Source: Escherichia coli (lineage in GTDB: Bacteria; Pseudomonadota; Gammaproteobacteria; Enterobacterales; Enterobacteriaceae). Taken from it: a DNA stretch of 64,000 nucleotides. The position numbers were made by a program, and so were the translations under genes. Below the pieces are notes generated by a model. That model made no database searches. It was not told the origin of the DNA and saw nothing but the letters and a program-made list of their open reading frames with translations. This document shows, piece by piece, positions 1-11,485 of the stretch (positions within the stretch are counted from its first letter, which is position 1; each line of letters starts with the position of its first letter). The stretch lies in the NCBI RefSeq assembly GCF_024502345.1, contig NZ_JALDNN010000001.1; one strand, 5' to 3'.

Positions 1-452
1 GCGCTGCCGGCGAGATACTGCCCGCCCTGCAGGGCGACATCAGAGAGTTTTTTCTGGATCTGCGCGGCGTTGGTCAGGTTGTGATCCGCCAGGAAGCCGC
101 TGGCCCAGTCAGGCAGATGGTTGAAGATGCTTGCCACCACTTCCGGGAACTGGGTGTTGTTCTCCTGAAGCTTCGTATAAACCACGTTCAGCTCAATGGC
201 GAGCGAGGAGAGGATCACCATCAGCGGGATAAAGACGATCAGGCAGATAATACCGATGGTCAACAGCGAGGCAAGCCCGTTGCGATCCCCCAGCGCGGTG
301 CGCAGCCTGTTTTTTACCGGGTTGAAGATGACGGTCAGAATGGCGGCCCACAGTATTGCGGAGAAGTAGGGCGACAGCACGTCGAAGAAGGCCCAGGTCA
401 CAAGGGCAAGAATAAAGATAAAGAAACCTTTGGTCAGTCCGTTAAAGCGCAT
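1..452 (-). CDS. AI-2E family transporter (UPF0118/PerM-like), N-terminal part; gene runs off the window start
   Basis: Reverse-strand ORF absent from the track because it has no stop inside the window. ATG at 450-452 (revcomp) translates to MRFNGLTKGFFIFILALVTWAFFDVLSPYFSAILWAAILTVIFNPVKNRL..., hydrophobic and TM-rich. Divergent from mmuP. Confidence 0.5.
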   Translation of the reverse strand, partial: MRFNGLTKGFFIFILALVTWAFFDVLSPYFSAILWAAILTVIFNPVKNRLRTALGDRNGLASLLTIGIICLIVFIPLMVILSSLAIELNVVYTKLQENNTQFPEVVASIFNHLPDWASGFLADHNLTNAAQIQKKLSDVALQGGQYLAGS

Positions 453-815
453 CAGTCAGTCCTGGTTACTAAGAAACTGTGTCGACTATAGAACTGATTG
501 TGAGAATTACCAACCTTGCGCCGGGTAGCGGCTGCGCCTTAACCGTCCTGCGGGCAGTGTTGCGGTATGAATCCGCTCTTCGCGGATACCACTTTCGACT
601 GACCGAAGATCGCCTTTTCCCGCACCATGCTGTAAGTATCTGCTTGCGGAGGTGCTTATGGCCTGGCGTCCGATTCTCTATGTGATCCTCACGACCCACC
701 CCAGACTCAGCGCGAGGCGTGCCCGTTTGCGTCTGGTCATCTAGCTTTTTATTAACAATCGCGGTATAACACACCTTCTTTGGATGTTTAGATGTCCATA
801 CGTATAGAAGGTAAT

Positions 816-2216
816 ATGCAAACACAACAAGAAAATGGGCAGCTTAAGCGCACCATGAAAACACGCCACCTGATTATGCTCTCGCTGGGTGGCGTGATTG
901 GGACAGGGTTATTCTTCAATACCGGATACATCATTTCAACCACCGGGGCGGCGGGCACGCTGCTGGCGTACCTGATAGGCGCGCTGGTGGTCTGGCTGGT
1001 GATGCAGTGTCTGGGCGAGCTTTCCGTGGCGATGCCGGAAACCGGCGCGTTCCACGTCTATGCCGCCCGCTATCTTGGCCCGGCGACGGGCTACACCGTG
1101 GCGTGGCTCTACTGGCTCACCTGGACGGTGGCGCTCGGCTCCAGCTTTACCGCCGCCGGGTTCTGCATGCAGTACTGGTTCCCCCAGGTGCCGGTCTGGG
1201 CCTGGTGCGTGGTCTTCTGCGTGGTGATTTTTGGCCTGAACGTCATCTCTACGCGCTTCTTTGCGGAAGGCGAATTCTGGTTCTCTCTGGTCAAAGTCAT
1301 CACCATTATCGCCTTTATTATTCTTGGCGGCGCGGCGGTCTTTGGCTTTATCCCTATGCAGGACGGTTCACCCGCGCCGGGCTTAAGCAACATCACCGCC
1401 GAGGGCTGGTTCCCGCACGGCGGCCTGCCGATCCTGATGACCATGGTGGCGGTGAACTTTGCCTTCTCCGGGACGGAGCTCATCGGCATCGCGGCGGGGG
1501 AAACGGAAAATCCGCACAAGGTGATTCCGGTTGCGATCCGCACCACCATTGCGCGCCTGATTATCTTCTTTATCGGCACCGTGTTTGTGCTGGCGGCGCT
1601 GATCCCGATGCAGCAGGCGGGCGTGGAAAAGAGCCCGTTCGTGCTGGTGTTTGAAAAGGTCGGTATTCCTTACGCGGCGGATATTTTTAACTTTGTGATC
1701 CTGACGGCGATCCTCTCGGCGGCGAACTCGGGCCTGTACGCTTCCGGGCGCATGCTGTGGTCGCTATCGAATGAGAAAACGCTGCCGCGCTGCTTTGCCC
1801 GCGTGAACAAAAACGGCGTGCCGCTGACGGCGCTCTCGGTCTCTATGCTCGGCGGCGTGCTGGCGCTGTTCTCAAGCGTCGTGGCCCCGGACACGGTGTT
1901 TGTCGCGCTCTCGGCGATTTCTGGCTTTGCGGTGGTGGCGGTGTGGATCAGCATCTGCGCGTCGCACTTCGTTTTCCGCCGCCGTCATCTGCAGTCCGGG
2001 CAGCCGCTCTCTGCGCTGCAGTACCGCGCGCCGTGGTATCCGCTGGTGCCGGTGCTTGGTTTTATCCTCTGCGTGGTGGCCTGTGTCGGCCTGTGGTTTG
2101 ACCCGAGCCAGCGCATTGCCCTTTATTGCGGGCTTCCGTTTGTCGCCCTGTGTTATGGTGCGTACTACCTGACCCGAAATATGACATCGCAGGAGCCTGA
2201 ACATGTCGCAGAATAA
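816..2216 (+). CDS. mmuP: S-methylmethionine permease (APC family amino-acid permease)
   Basis: Track ORF 792-2216; start moved to the ATG at 816 ([34 protein letters not shown]...), preceded by aggt. 12-TM APC permease; 3' end overlaps mmuM by 14 bp. Confidence 0.85.
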   Translation: MQTQQENGQLKRTMKTRHLIMLSLGGVIGTGLFFNTGYIISTTGAAGTLLAYLIGALVVWLVMQCLGELSVAMPETGAFHVYAARYLGPATGYTVAWLYWLTWTVALGSSFTAAGFCMQYWFPQVPVWAWCVVFCVVIFGLNVISTRFFAEGEFWFSLVKVITIIAFIILGGAAVFGFIPMQDGSPAPGLSNITAEGWFPHGGLPILMTMVAVNFAFSGTELIGIAAGETENPHKVIPVAIRTTIARLIIFFIGTVFVLAALIPMQQAGVEKSPFVLVFEKVGIPYAADIFNFVILTAILSAANSGLYASGRMLWSLSNEKTLPRCFARVNKNGVPLTALSVSMLGGVLALFSSVVAPDTVFVALSAISGFAVVAVWISICASHFVFRRRHLQSGQPLSALQYRAPWYPLVPVLGFILCVVACVGLWFDPSQRIALYCGLPFVALCYGAYYLTRNMTSQEPEHVAE

Positions 2217-3135
2217 CCCGCTTACCGCCATCCTTGAAAAACAGCCGTTTGTGGTGCTGGATGGCGCGATGGCGACGGAGCTGGAAGCGCGCGGCTGTAA
2301 CCTGGCAGACAGCCTCTGGTCAGCCAAAGTGCTGGTGGAAAACCCGGAACTCATCCGCGAAGTGCATCTCGATTACTACCGCGCGGGCGCGCAGGTGGCG
2401 ATCACCGCCAGCTATCAGGCCACGCCTGCGGGATTTGCGGCGCGCGGTCTGGACGAAGCGCAGTCCCGCGCGCTAATCGGTAAAAGCGTGGAGCTGGCGC
2501 GCAAGGCGCGCGAAGCGTATCTGGCTGAAAATCCGCATGCCGGCACGCTGCTGGTGGCGGGATCCGTTGGGCCGTACGGCGCCTATCTGGCGGATGGCTC
2601 AGAGTATCGCGGCGACTACGTGCGTAGCGCCGGGGAGTTTACGGCCTTCCATCGCCCGCGCGTGGAAGCGCTGCTGGATGCGGGCGCTGACCTGCTGGCC
2701 TGCGAAACGCTGCCCTCGTTTACCGAGATTAAGGCGCTGGCGGCGCTTCTGGCCGAGTACCCCCGCGCCCGGGCGTGGTTCTCCTTTACCCTGCGGGACA
2801 GCGAACACCTGAGCGACGGTACGCCTCTGCGTGAGGTGGTCAGCGCGCTGGCAAACTCTCCGCAGATTGTCGCGCTGGGCATTAACTGCATCGCACTGGA
2901 AAACACTACGGCGGCGCTGAAGCATCTGCAAAGCCTGACGTCGCTGCCGCTGGTGGTCTATCCGAACTCGGGCGAGCATTATGATGCGGTCACCAAAACC
3001 TGGCACCACCACGGCGGAGCGTGCGAGACGCTGGCGGGGTATCTACCGCAGTGGCTGGAGGCTGGGGCCAAATTAATCGGTGGATGCTGTCGCACCACGC
3101 CGAAAGATATTGCTGAGCTGAACGCGCAGCGCTGA
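2203..3135 (+). CDS. mmuM: homocysteine S-methyltransferase
   Basis: 310-aa ORF with C-terminal GGCCRTTP zinc-binding motif typical of Hcy methyltransferases; coupled to mmuP. Confidence 0.9.
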   Translation: MSQNNPLTAILEKQPFVVLDGAMATELEARGCNLADSLWSAKVLVENPELIREVHLDYYRAGAQVAITASYQATPAGFAARGLDEAQSRALIGKSVELARKAREAYLAENPHAGTLLVAGSVGPYGAYLADGSEYRGDYVRSAGEFTAFHRPRVEALLDAGADLLACETLPSFTEIKALAALLAEYPRARAWFSFTLRDSEHLSDGTPLREVVSALANSPQIVALGINCIALENTTAALKHLQSLTSLPLVVYPNSGEHYDAVTKTWHHHGGACETLAGYLPQWLEAGAKLIGGCCRTTPKDIAELNAQR

Positions 3136-3195
3136 GTGCTTTGCCGGGTGGCGGCTACGCCTTACCCGGCCTATATCTAAGGTTTCGTGCGCCTG

Positions 3196-3300
3196 ATGCC
3201 CTCACCCTGACCCTCTCCAACGGGGCTGAGGGACCCCCACATAATAATACCTCCACGGACGGCTCCCTCTCCCTCAAGGGAGAGGGCTGGGGTGAGGGGG
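3196..3300. repeat. REP-like palindromic repeat units (ccctcaccc / ccctctccctcaagggagagggctggggtgaggggg)
   Basis: Inverted G/C-rich arms read directly in the 670-bp mmuM-tauA spacer; further palindromes at 3373-3405 and 3481-3501. Confidence 0.5.
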
Positions 3301-3808
3301 AACATACGGCTGTGGTGGTCATTCCGTTCACTTCATGTTCCTTGCTACTTTGTAACGACATTGCCTGTGAACGTGCCAGGGTGGCTCAGTCGCCACCACC
3401 CTGGCGACCCGGGCTCCCGGCGGTAAATCGCCGCTTCGCGGTGCCCTCAGCTTATTCCTTCAGGCTATCGGGTCGGGCATGAGCCTGCATCCATGCAGGC
3501 CACGCCCTCTCGGCGCATCCCTGCGCCTCGCCCCGGCCTTACGGAAACGCTTCGGCGATTTACAGCCGGACCAGGGCATCGCTGTAAGCCATTCACTTTC
3601 CTGAAACCACATGCATCACTTCAGGTGAAAAAATTACTGGGTAACCCTCCGCCCACGGGGAGAGGGAAAAAACGAACCGCACAAAATTCGCTATCCTTTC
3701 CCGCTTTTTATCTAAAAACGAATCGTTATGAGCGATTCATTTTTATTCCTTTATCAAAATTCCCGCGCCGGAAATACTGCCCTCATAACAACAAGGGGAG
3801 CAGGCACT

Positions 3809-4771
3809 ATGGCAATTTCATCGCGAATCACACTTCTCGGCGCACTGGCGCTGTGGGCATTTCAGGCGCAGGCGGTGGACGTCACCGTCGCGTATCAAAC
3901 CTCTGCGGAACCGGCGAAAGTCGCGCAGGCGGACAACACCTTTGCGAAAGAGAGCGGCGCGAAAGTCGACTGGCGCAAGTTCGACAGCGGCGCATCCGTG
4001 GTGCGTGCGTTAGCCTCCGGCGACGTGCAGATCGGCAATATCGGATCCAGCCCGCTGTCGGTGGCGGCCAGCCAGCAGGTGCCGATCGAGGTTTTCCTGC
4101 TCGCCTCGCAGCTCGGTAACTCAGAAGCGCTGGTAGTGAAGAAAAACATCACTAAACCGGAAGATCTGATCGGCAAACGCATCGCCGTGCCGTTTATCTC
4201 CACAACCCACTACAGCCTGCTGGCGGCGCTCAAACACTGGGGCATCAAGCCGGGTCAGGTACAAATCATCAACCTGCAGCCGCCGGCGATTATCGCAGCC
4301 TGGCAGCGCGGGGATATTGACGGGGCTTACGTCTGGGCACCGGCAGTGAACGAACTGGAAAAAGACGGCACCGTGCTGACCGACTCAGAAAAAGTGGGCC
4401 AGTGGGGCGCGCCAACCCTCGACGTGTGGGTCGTGCGCAAAGACTTCGCCGAGAAACATCCTGAGGTGGTGAAAGCCTTCGCCAAAAGCGCGATTGATGC
4501 CCAGCAGCCGTACATCTCTAACCCGGATGAATGGCTGAAGCAGCCCGCCAACCTGGAAAAACTCTCCCGCCTGAGCGGCGTGCCGGAAGCGGACGTGCCG
4601 GGGCTGGTGAAAGGCAATACCTATCTGACCCCCGCGCAGCAGGTGCAGCAGCTTACCGGGCCGGTAAACAAAGCGATTGTTGATACCGCCACCTTCCTGA
4701 AAGAGCAGGGCAAAGTGCCAGCGGTGGCGACGGATTACAGCCAGTACGTGACCGATCGTTTTGTGAAATAA
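3809..4771 (+). CDS. tauA: taurine ABC transporter substrate-binding protein
   Basis: Track ORF 3728-4771; start set to [22 protein letters not shown] (signal peptide), giving 320 aa. First gene of tauABCD. Confidence 0.9.
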   Translation: MAISSRITLLGALALWAFQAQAVDVTVAYQTSAEPAKVAQADNTFAKESGAKVDWRKFDSGASVVRALASGDVQIGNIGSSPLSVAASQQVPIEVFLLASQLGNSEALVVKKNITKPEDLIGKRIAVPFISTTHYSLLAALKHWGIKPGQVQIINLQPPAIIAAWQRGDIDGAYVWAPAVNELEKDGTVLTDSEKVGQWGAPTLDVWVVRKDFAEKHPEVVKAFAKSAIDAQQPYISNPDEWLKQPANLEKLSRLSGVPEADVPGLVKGNTYLTPAQQVQQLTGPVNKAIVDTATFLKEQGKVPAVATDYSQYVTDRFVK

Positions 4772-4781
4772 GGAGTCCGCC

Positions 4782-5549
4782 ATGCTGAATATTACGAACC
4801 TGTACGCCGATTACGGCGGTAAGCCCGCGCTGGAGGACATCAACCTGACGCTGGACAGCGGTGAGCTGCTGGTGGTGCTGGGCCCGTCCGGGTGCGGAAA
4901 AACCACGCTGCTGAATCTGATCGCCGGGTTTGTCCCTTATCAGCATGGCACCATCCAACTGGAAGGCAAAAAGGTGGAAGGCCCGGGCGCCGAGCGCGGC
5001 GTGGTCTTCCAGAACGAAGGATTGCTTCCCTGGCGCAACGTGCAGGAAAACGTGGCGTTTGGGCTACAGCTTGCGGGCGTCAATCGCGAACAGCGGCTGG
5101 AAACGGCACGGACGATGCTGAAAAAAGTGGGGCTGGAAGGGGCGGAAAAACGCTTTATCTGGCAGCTTTCCGGCGGCCAGCGGCAGCGCGTGGGTATTGC
5201 CCGCGCGCTGGCCGCGAATCCGCAGCTGTTGCTGCTGGACGAGCCGTTCGGGGCGCTGGATGCCTTCACCCGCGAGCAGATGCAAACCCTGCTGCTGCGC
5301 CTGTGGCACGAGACGGGCAAGCAGGTGCTGTTGATTACCCACGATATCGAAGAGGCGGTGTTTATGGCGACGGAGCTGGTGCTGCTCTCGCCGGGGCCGG
5401 GCCGCGTGCTGGAGCGCTTGCCGCTGGATTTCGCCCGCCGCTTCATCGCGGGAGAACCCGTGCGCAGCATCAAATCCGATCCGCTGTTTATCGAACAGCG
5501 TGAATACGTCTTAAGCCGCGTGTTTGAACAACGGGAGGCTTTCTCATGA
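4782..5549 (+). CDS. tauB: taurine ABC transporter ATP-binding protein
   Basis: Walker [10 protein letters not shown] and ABC signature LSGGQRQR. Confidence 0.9.
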   Translation: MLNITNLYADYGGKPALEDINLTLDSGELLVVLGPSGCGKTTLLNLIAGFVPYQHGTIQLEGKKVEGPGAERGVVFQNEGLLPWRNVQENVAFGLQLAGVNREQRLETARTMLKKVGLEGAEKRFIWQLSGGQRQRVGIARALAANPQLLLLDEPFGALDAFTREQMQTLLLRLWHETGKQVLLITHDIEEAVFMATELVLLSPGPGRVLERLPLDFARRFIAGEPVRSIKSDPLFIEQREYVLSRVFEQREAFS

Positions 5550-6373
5550 GCATCGTCTTCAGTGAAAAAACGCGCCGCACGCGTCTGGCGCTGCGCTGGC
5601 CTTTCTCGCGCCAAATCACGTTGAGCGTCGGTACGCTGCTGTTGCTGCTGGCGGTGTGGTGGGCGGTTGCTGCCCAGCAGTGGGTCAGCCCGCTGTTTCT
5701 GCCGCCGCCGGGCCAGGTGCTGGCCAAACTCATTACCATCGCCGGGCCGCAGGGCTTTATGGATGCCACGCTCTGGCAGCACTTAGGTGCAAGTCTGGCG
5801 CGTATTCTGGTGGCGCTTCTGGCAGCGGTAATTATCGGGATACCGGTCGGGATCGCGATGGGCTTAAGCCCGACGGTGCGCGGCATACTCGACCCGCTGA
5901 TTGAGCTTTACCGTCCGGTGCCGCCGCTGGCCTGGCTGCCGCTGGTGGTTATCTGGTTCGGCATAGGTGAAACGCCCAAAGTTTTACTCATCTATCTGGC
6001 GATCTTTGCGCCGGTTGCAATGTCAACGCTGGAAGGCGTGAAGAGCGCCCAGCAGGTGCGGATCCGCGCGGCGCAGTCGCTGGGAGCCAACCGCACGCAG
6101 GTGCTGCTGTTCGTGATTTTACCGGGCGCGCTGCCGGAAATTTTAACCGGGCTGCGCATCGGCCTCGGCGTGGGCTGGTCCACGCTGGTGGCGGCAGAGC
6201 TGATTGCGGCCACGCGCGGCCTTGGGTTTATGGTGCAGTCGGCGGGAGAGTTCCTGGCGACTGACGTGGTGCTGGCAGGGATCGCGGTGATCGCCGCGAT
6301 CGCCTTCGGATTAGAACTGGGGCTACGCGCGTTACAGCGCCGCCTGACGCCCTGGCATGGAGAAATACAATGA
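5546..6373 (+). CDS. tauC: taurine ABC transporter permease
   Basis: 275-aa multi-TM protein; 4-bp overlaps with tauB and tauD. Confidence 0.9.
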   Translation: MSIVFSEKTRRTRLALRWPFSRQITLSVGTLLLLLAVWWAVAAQQWVSPLFLPPPGQVLAKLITIAGPQGFMDATLWQHLGASLARILVALLAAVIIGIPVGIAMGLSPTVRGILDPLIELYRPVPPLAWLPLVVIWFGIGETPKVLLIYLAIFAPVAMSTLEGVKSAQQVRIRAAQSLGANRTQVLLFVILPGALPEILTGLRIGLGVGWSTLVAAELIAATRGLGFMVQSAGEFLATDVVLAGIAVIAAIAFGLELGLRALQRRLTPWHGEIQ

Positions 6374-7221
6374 GTGAACGTCTGACCATTACCCCGCTGG
6401 GGCCGTACATTGGCGCGCAGGTGTCGGGCCTGGATGTGACCCGTCCGCTGAGCGATAACCAGTTCGAGCAGCTGTACCACGCGGTGCTGCGTCATCAGGT
6501 CGTTTTCCTGCGCGAACAGGCGATCACCCCGCAGCAGCAGCGCGCGCTGGCCCTGCGCTTTGGCGATCTGCATATCCACCCCGTCTATCCGCATGCGGAA
6601 GGCGTGGAGGAGATTATCGTTCTGGACACCCACAACGATAACCCGCCGGACAACGACAACTGGCACACCGACGTGACCTTTATCGAGACGCCGCCCGCCG
6701 GGGCGATTCTGGCGGCGAAGCTGCTGCCGGAAACCGGCGGCGATACGCTGTGGACCAGCGGGATTGCGGCGTATGAGGCGCTCTCCGCGCCGTTCCGGAC
6801 GCTGCTGAGCGGGCTGCGGGCGGAGCACGACTTCAAAAAGTCGTTCCAAGAGTACAAGTACCGTAAAACGGAAGAGGAACATCAGCGCTGGCAGGAGGCG
6901 GTTGCGAAGCATCCTCCGCTGCTGCACCCGGTGGTGCGGACCCATCCTGTCACGGGCAAGCAGGCGCTGTTCGTGAATGAAGGGTTCACGACGCGCATCG
7001 TGGACGTGTCCGAGAAAGAGAGCGAGGCGCTGCTGGGATTCCTGTTCGCGCATATCACCAGGCCGGAGTTTCAGGTCCGCTGGCGCTGGCAGGAGAACGA
7101 CCTGGCGATCTGGGATAACCGCGTAACGCAGCACTATGCCAATGCGGACTATCTGCCGCAGCGCCGGATTATGCAGCGGGCGACGATTTTGGGGGATAAG
7201 CCGTTTTATCGTGCGCCTTGA
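6370..7221 (+). CDS. tauD: taurine dioxygenase (alpha-ketoglutarate-dependent)
   Basis: 283 aa, TauD/TfdA family; contains HTD (WHTDVTF) iron-binding motif. Confidence 0.9.
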   Translation: MSERLTITPLGPYIGAQVSGLDVTRPLSDNQFEQLYHAVLRHQVVFLREQAITPQQQRALALRFGDLHIHPVYPHAEGVEEIIVLDTHNDNPPDNDNWHTDVTFIETPPAGAILAAKLLPETGGDTLWTSGIAAYEALSAPFRTLLSGLRAEHDFKKSFQEYKYRKTEEEHQRWQEAVAKHPPLLHPVVRTHPVTGKQALFVNEGFTTRIVDVSEKESEALLGFLFAHITRPEFQVRWRWQENDLAIWDNRVTQHYANADYLPQRRIMQRATILGDKPFYRAP

Positions 7222-7318
7222 TCCCCTCACCCTAACCCTTTCCCAAAGGGGCGAGGGGACTGCCCGGGCGGTTTTCACCCTCTCCCTTTTAGGGAGAGGG
7301 CTGGGGTGAGGGTATTAA
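7222..7318. repeat. REP-like palindromic element (cccctcaccc...ccctctcccttttagggagagggctggggtgaggg)
   Basis: Same repeat family as at 3196-3300; sits between convergent tauD and the acyltransferase gene and overlaps the latter's 3' end. Confidence 0.5.
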
Positions 7319-9013
7319 ATGCGCCTCAATATACCGCTGATAGCGGTTCGCCTTCAGGTAACACAAATCCACCAGCACCAGTCCGTCGACGCAGTCGTTA
7401 AACGCCGGGTCGCTGCCAAAATCAATAAACTGCACGCCGCCGGGTTCACACAGCTCGGAATACTGCTTGTAGAGCGGCGGAATGCCGCAGCCCAGATTGC
7501 CGAGCAGGGATTTCAGCTTTGTCAGGTCATCCACGTAATCCACGCCGCCAAACTGCGCGAGCACGTCCGGCAGCGATGCGGGATACGGCTGACGTGACGC
7601 GGCCAGCGGATGCGTTGCCGGGAACCACAGGCGGTAAAAGGCCACCAGCAGATCCCGTGCGGCAGGCGGTAAGCCACCGGAAATGGAGACCGGGCCAAAC
7701 AGGTAGCGGTAGTTCGGATAACGCGCCAGGTAGGCTCCAATGCCGGACCATAAATAGTCCAGGCCGCGGCGTCCCCAGTAGCGCGGCTGAATAAAGCTGC
7801 GCCCCAGCTCAATGCCGTGCTCCAGTACGTCCTGCATTTTGTCGTCGTAGTGGAACAGGCTATAGCTGTACAACCCCTCAACGCCGCGCTTTTCGATCTG
7901 CATGGCCGTCGGCATAAAGCGATACGCCCCGACGATCTCCAGATCGTCCTCATCCCACAGGATCAGGTGCAGATAATCATCGTCGTAGCTGTCGGTGTCC
8001 CGACGTTTGCCGCTCCCTTCCTCGACCGCGCGAAAGGCAATCTCGCGCAGGCGGCCCAGCTCGCGCAGCAGCGGGGCGTCTTCCTGCCCGTTGCGCTGCC
8101 AAAGATAGATGGTTTTACCGTCGCTGGTATTGCCCAGACATTCGGCCTGCGCCAGCGCGCGTTTCAGGGTGGCGCGGTCTTCCGGGCGGGCAATGGCGCA
8201 CTGGGTTTTAAAGACGCCAGGCAATCCCTTGCCAAGACGCATCACGTGCTGACGGCACTGTTCGGCCATCTCACGCGACGAAAGGCTGGCGCTGTGCCAG
8301 TGATGCCAGGCAATCTGCTGGCCGATCTTAATCGGCAGCTGTCTGTGGCGGCGGCGGAACATCTGCTGCATGAGTAACAGCATTGACAGCGTCGGGGAGA
8401 CCAGCGTGCTGGCATAGAAGAGCAGGCTGTTATGCGCCTGAATATGCACCGGCAGCAGCGGGGCGCGCAGCTTGCTGGCGAGTTTGATAAAGCCAGAGTG
8501 CCACTTTTTGTCGCGAATGCCTTTGCGCGTGGGGCGGGAAACTTCTCCGGCCGGGAAGAAGATCAGCACGCCCGCGTTTTGCAGATGCTGTTCCATCTGC
8601 ACCAGGGACGATTTCGCTGTCCTGCCGCCCATATTATCCACCGGAATAAACAGCGAGCTGAGGGGCTCAAGGTGGGTCAGCATCCGGTTGGTCACGACTT
8701 TAACATCGCGCCTCACGCGGGAAACGGCGTACATCAGCGCCAGGCCGTCCAGCGTACCCGTCGGGTGGTTGGCAATAATGACCAGCGGGCCATGTTCGGG
8801 GATTTGTTCAAGATCGCGGGCGGAAACGGTGCAGAGAATATCAAGGTGTTCCAGAACTTGCTCCACCATATCCAGTCCTTTCAGGTGGCGGTGTGCTGCG
8901 GCAAATTGCTGAAATTCGTCTTCGTAAAACAGTCTTTTTAACAGACTTTTTTGCCAGGGTGCAGGCCTCGCCTGAGGCCAAAGATCGTCGAGAACGCTAT
9001 CGAGGCTAAACAT
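7289..9013 (-). CDS. bifunctional acyltransferase (PlsC-like HX4D domain + GNAT/OlsB-like domain), 'hemolysin-like'
   Basis: 574-aa ORF; NHPTGTLD matches the H(X)4D motif of lysophospholipid acyltransferases. Functional assignment is from motif and architecture only. Confidence 0.55.
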   Translation of the reverse strand: MFSLDSVLDDLWPQARPAPWQKSLLKRLFYEDEFQQFAAAHRHLKGLDMVEQVLEHLDILCTVSARDLEQIPEHGPLVIIANHPTGTLDGLALMYAVSRVRRDVKVVTNRMLTHLEPLSSLFIPVDNMGGRTAKSSLVQMEQHLQNAGVLIFFPAGEVSRPTRKGIRDKKWHSGFIKLASKLRAPLLPVHIQAHNSLLFYASTLVSPTLSMLLLMQQMFRRRHRQLPIKIGQQIAWHHWHSASLSSREMAEQCRQHVMRLGKGLPGVFKTQCAIARPEDRATLKRALAQAECLGNTSDGKTIYLWQRNGQEDAPLLRELGRLREIAFRAVEEGSGKRRDTDSYDDDYLHLILWDEDDLEIVGAYRFMPTAMQIEKRGVEGLYSYSLFHYDDKMQDVLEHGIELGRSFIQPRYWGRRGLDYLWSGIGAYLARYPNYRYLFGPVSISGGLPPAARDLLVAFYRLWFPATHPLAASRQPYPASLPDVLAQFGGVDYVDDLTKLKSLLGNLGCGIPPLYKQYSELCEPGGVQFIDFGSDPAFNDCVDGLVLVDLCYLKANRYQRYIEAHLIPSPQPSP

Positions 9014-9140
9014 GGTTACTCCTCCTGCCGTCTTGCGAAGACAGTAGAAGGCGCAGATGTCGGTTGTATTGCAGTTTGGTGAAGATTAGCGCAGAGAGCA
9101 GGCCGGGTAAGGCGAAGCCGCCACCCGGCGCTAAAGCGGA

Positions 9141-10115
9141 TTAACGCAGAATTTTCTTCTCGGCCAGATCCAGCGCGAAGTAGCTGAAGATCAGATCCGC
9201 GCCTGCGCGTTTGATGGCGCCGAGGCTTTCGAGGACCACTTTCTCTTCGTCAATCGCACCGGCCAGCGCGGCGAATTTGATCATCGCGTACTCGCCGCTG
9301 ACCTGGTAAGCGCCCAGCGGCAACTCGGTGCGCTCGCGGATGTCGCGCAGGATATCAAGGTACGCGCCCGCAGGTTTCACCATCAGGCAGTCTGCGCCCT
9401 GGGCTTCATCGAGCAGGGATTCACGAATCGCTTCGCGGCGGTTCAGCGGGTTCATCTGATAGGTTTTACGATCGCCCTTCAGCGCCGTGCCCGCAGCTTC
9501 ACGGAACGGGCCGTAGAAGGAGGAGGCAAATTTGGTGGAGTAAGACATGATGGCGGTGTCGGTAAAGCCCGCCGCGTCCAGCGCCTGACGGATCGCCTGA
9601 ACCTGTCCGTCCATTGCGGCAGAGGGCGCGATGAAGTCCGCACCCGCAGCGGCAGCCACGACCGCCTGTTTGCCGAGGTTCAGCAGGGTGGAATCGTTAT
9701 CCACGCCGTGATCGCACAGCACGCCGCAGTGGCCGTGGGAGGTATATTCGCAGAAGCAGGTGTCTGACATAACCACCATTTCCGGCACGGTCTCTTTGCA
9801 GATGCGGGACATGCGGGCGACGAGGCCATCTTCTTTCCACGCGTCGCTGCCGGTGGCATCGGTATGGTGAGAGATGCCGAAGGTCATCACCGAGCGGATC
9901 CCCGCGTTGGCGATGCGTTCAATCTCACGTGCCAGATATTTCTCCGGAATGCGCATTACGCCCGGCATGGCTTCGATGGCTTTGTAGTCATCGATCTCTT
10001 CTTCGACAAAAATCGGCAACACCAGATCGTTTAAGGTCAGGGTTGTCTCTTCAAACATAGCGCGCAGTGCAGGTGACTTGCGCAGGCGGCGGGGACGTGC
10101 AATTAAATCGGTCAT
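9141..10115 (-). CDS. hemB: porphobilinogen synthase (delta-aminolevulinate dehydratase)
   Basis: Track ORF extends to a GTG at 10316; true start taken at [26 protein letters not shown] (324 aa). Confidence 0.9.
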   Translation of the reverse strand: MTDLIARPRRLRKSPALRAMFEETTLTLNDLVLPIFVEEEIDDYKAIEAMPGVMRIPEKYLAREIERIANAGIRSVMTFGISHHTDATGSDAWKEDGLVARMSRICKETVPEMVVMSDTCFCEYTSHGHCGVLCDHGVDNDSTLLNLGKQAVVAAAAGADFIAPSAAMDGQVQAIRQALDAAGFTDTAIMSYSTKFASSFYGPFREAAGTALKGDRKTYQMNPLNRREAIRESLLDEAQGADCLMVKPAGAYLDILRDIRERTELPLGAYQVSGEYAMIKFAALAGAIDEEKVVLESLGAIKRAGADLIFSYFALDLAEKKILR

Positions 10116-10150
10116 GGTATGCCTGATGTTTGTGGAACAAAGAAGGCTAG

Positions 10151-11346
<1,196 letters not shown>

Positions 11347-11485
11347 TAAGCTAAAAATGTGATTTAAGTCAAATCAGCAATCGGGGAGTGAAACAGATAA
11401 TGTTTTTATTGCCCGGCAGAAATCCTTCTCCGGGATGTCTCTCTGGAGCTGAAAAGGATGAATCGTATCTACCGGTTGGTCTGGA

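Noticed and set aside
81-491. 136-aa plus-strand ORF at the window start
   Set aside because: Antisense to the AI-2E transporter gene that runs off the window; charged, low-complexity translation typical of antisense frames.
1007-1654. 215-aa ORF in an alternative frame
   Set aside because: Lies within mmuP in another frame; Arg/Gly-rich artefact.
4940-5782. 280-aa minus-strand ORF and the 203-aa plus-strand ORF at 4892-5503
   Set aside because: Alternative frames over tauB, whose Walker A and ABC signature establish the true frame; low-complexity Arg/Ala/Gly composition.
5992-7278. 428-aa ORF on the minus strand
   Set aside because: Entirely antisense to tauC/tauD, Arg/Pro-rich as expected for a high-GC antisense frame, and not ATG-initiated; the tau genes have clear motifs.
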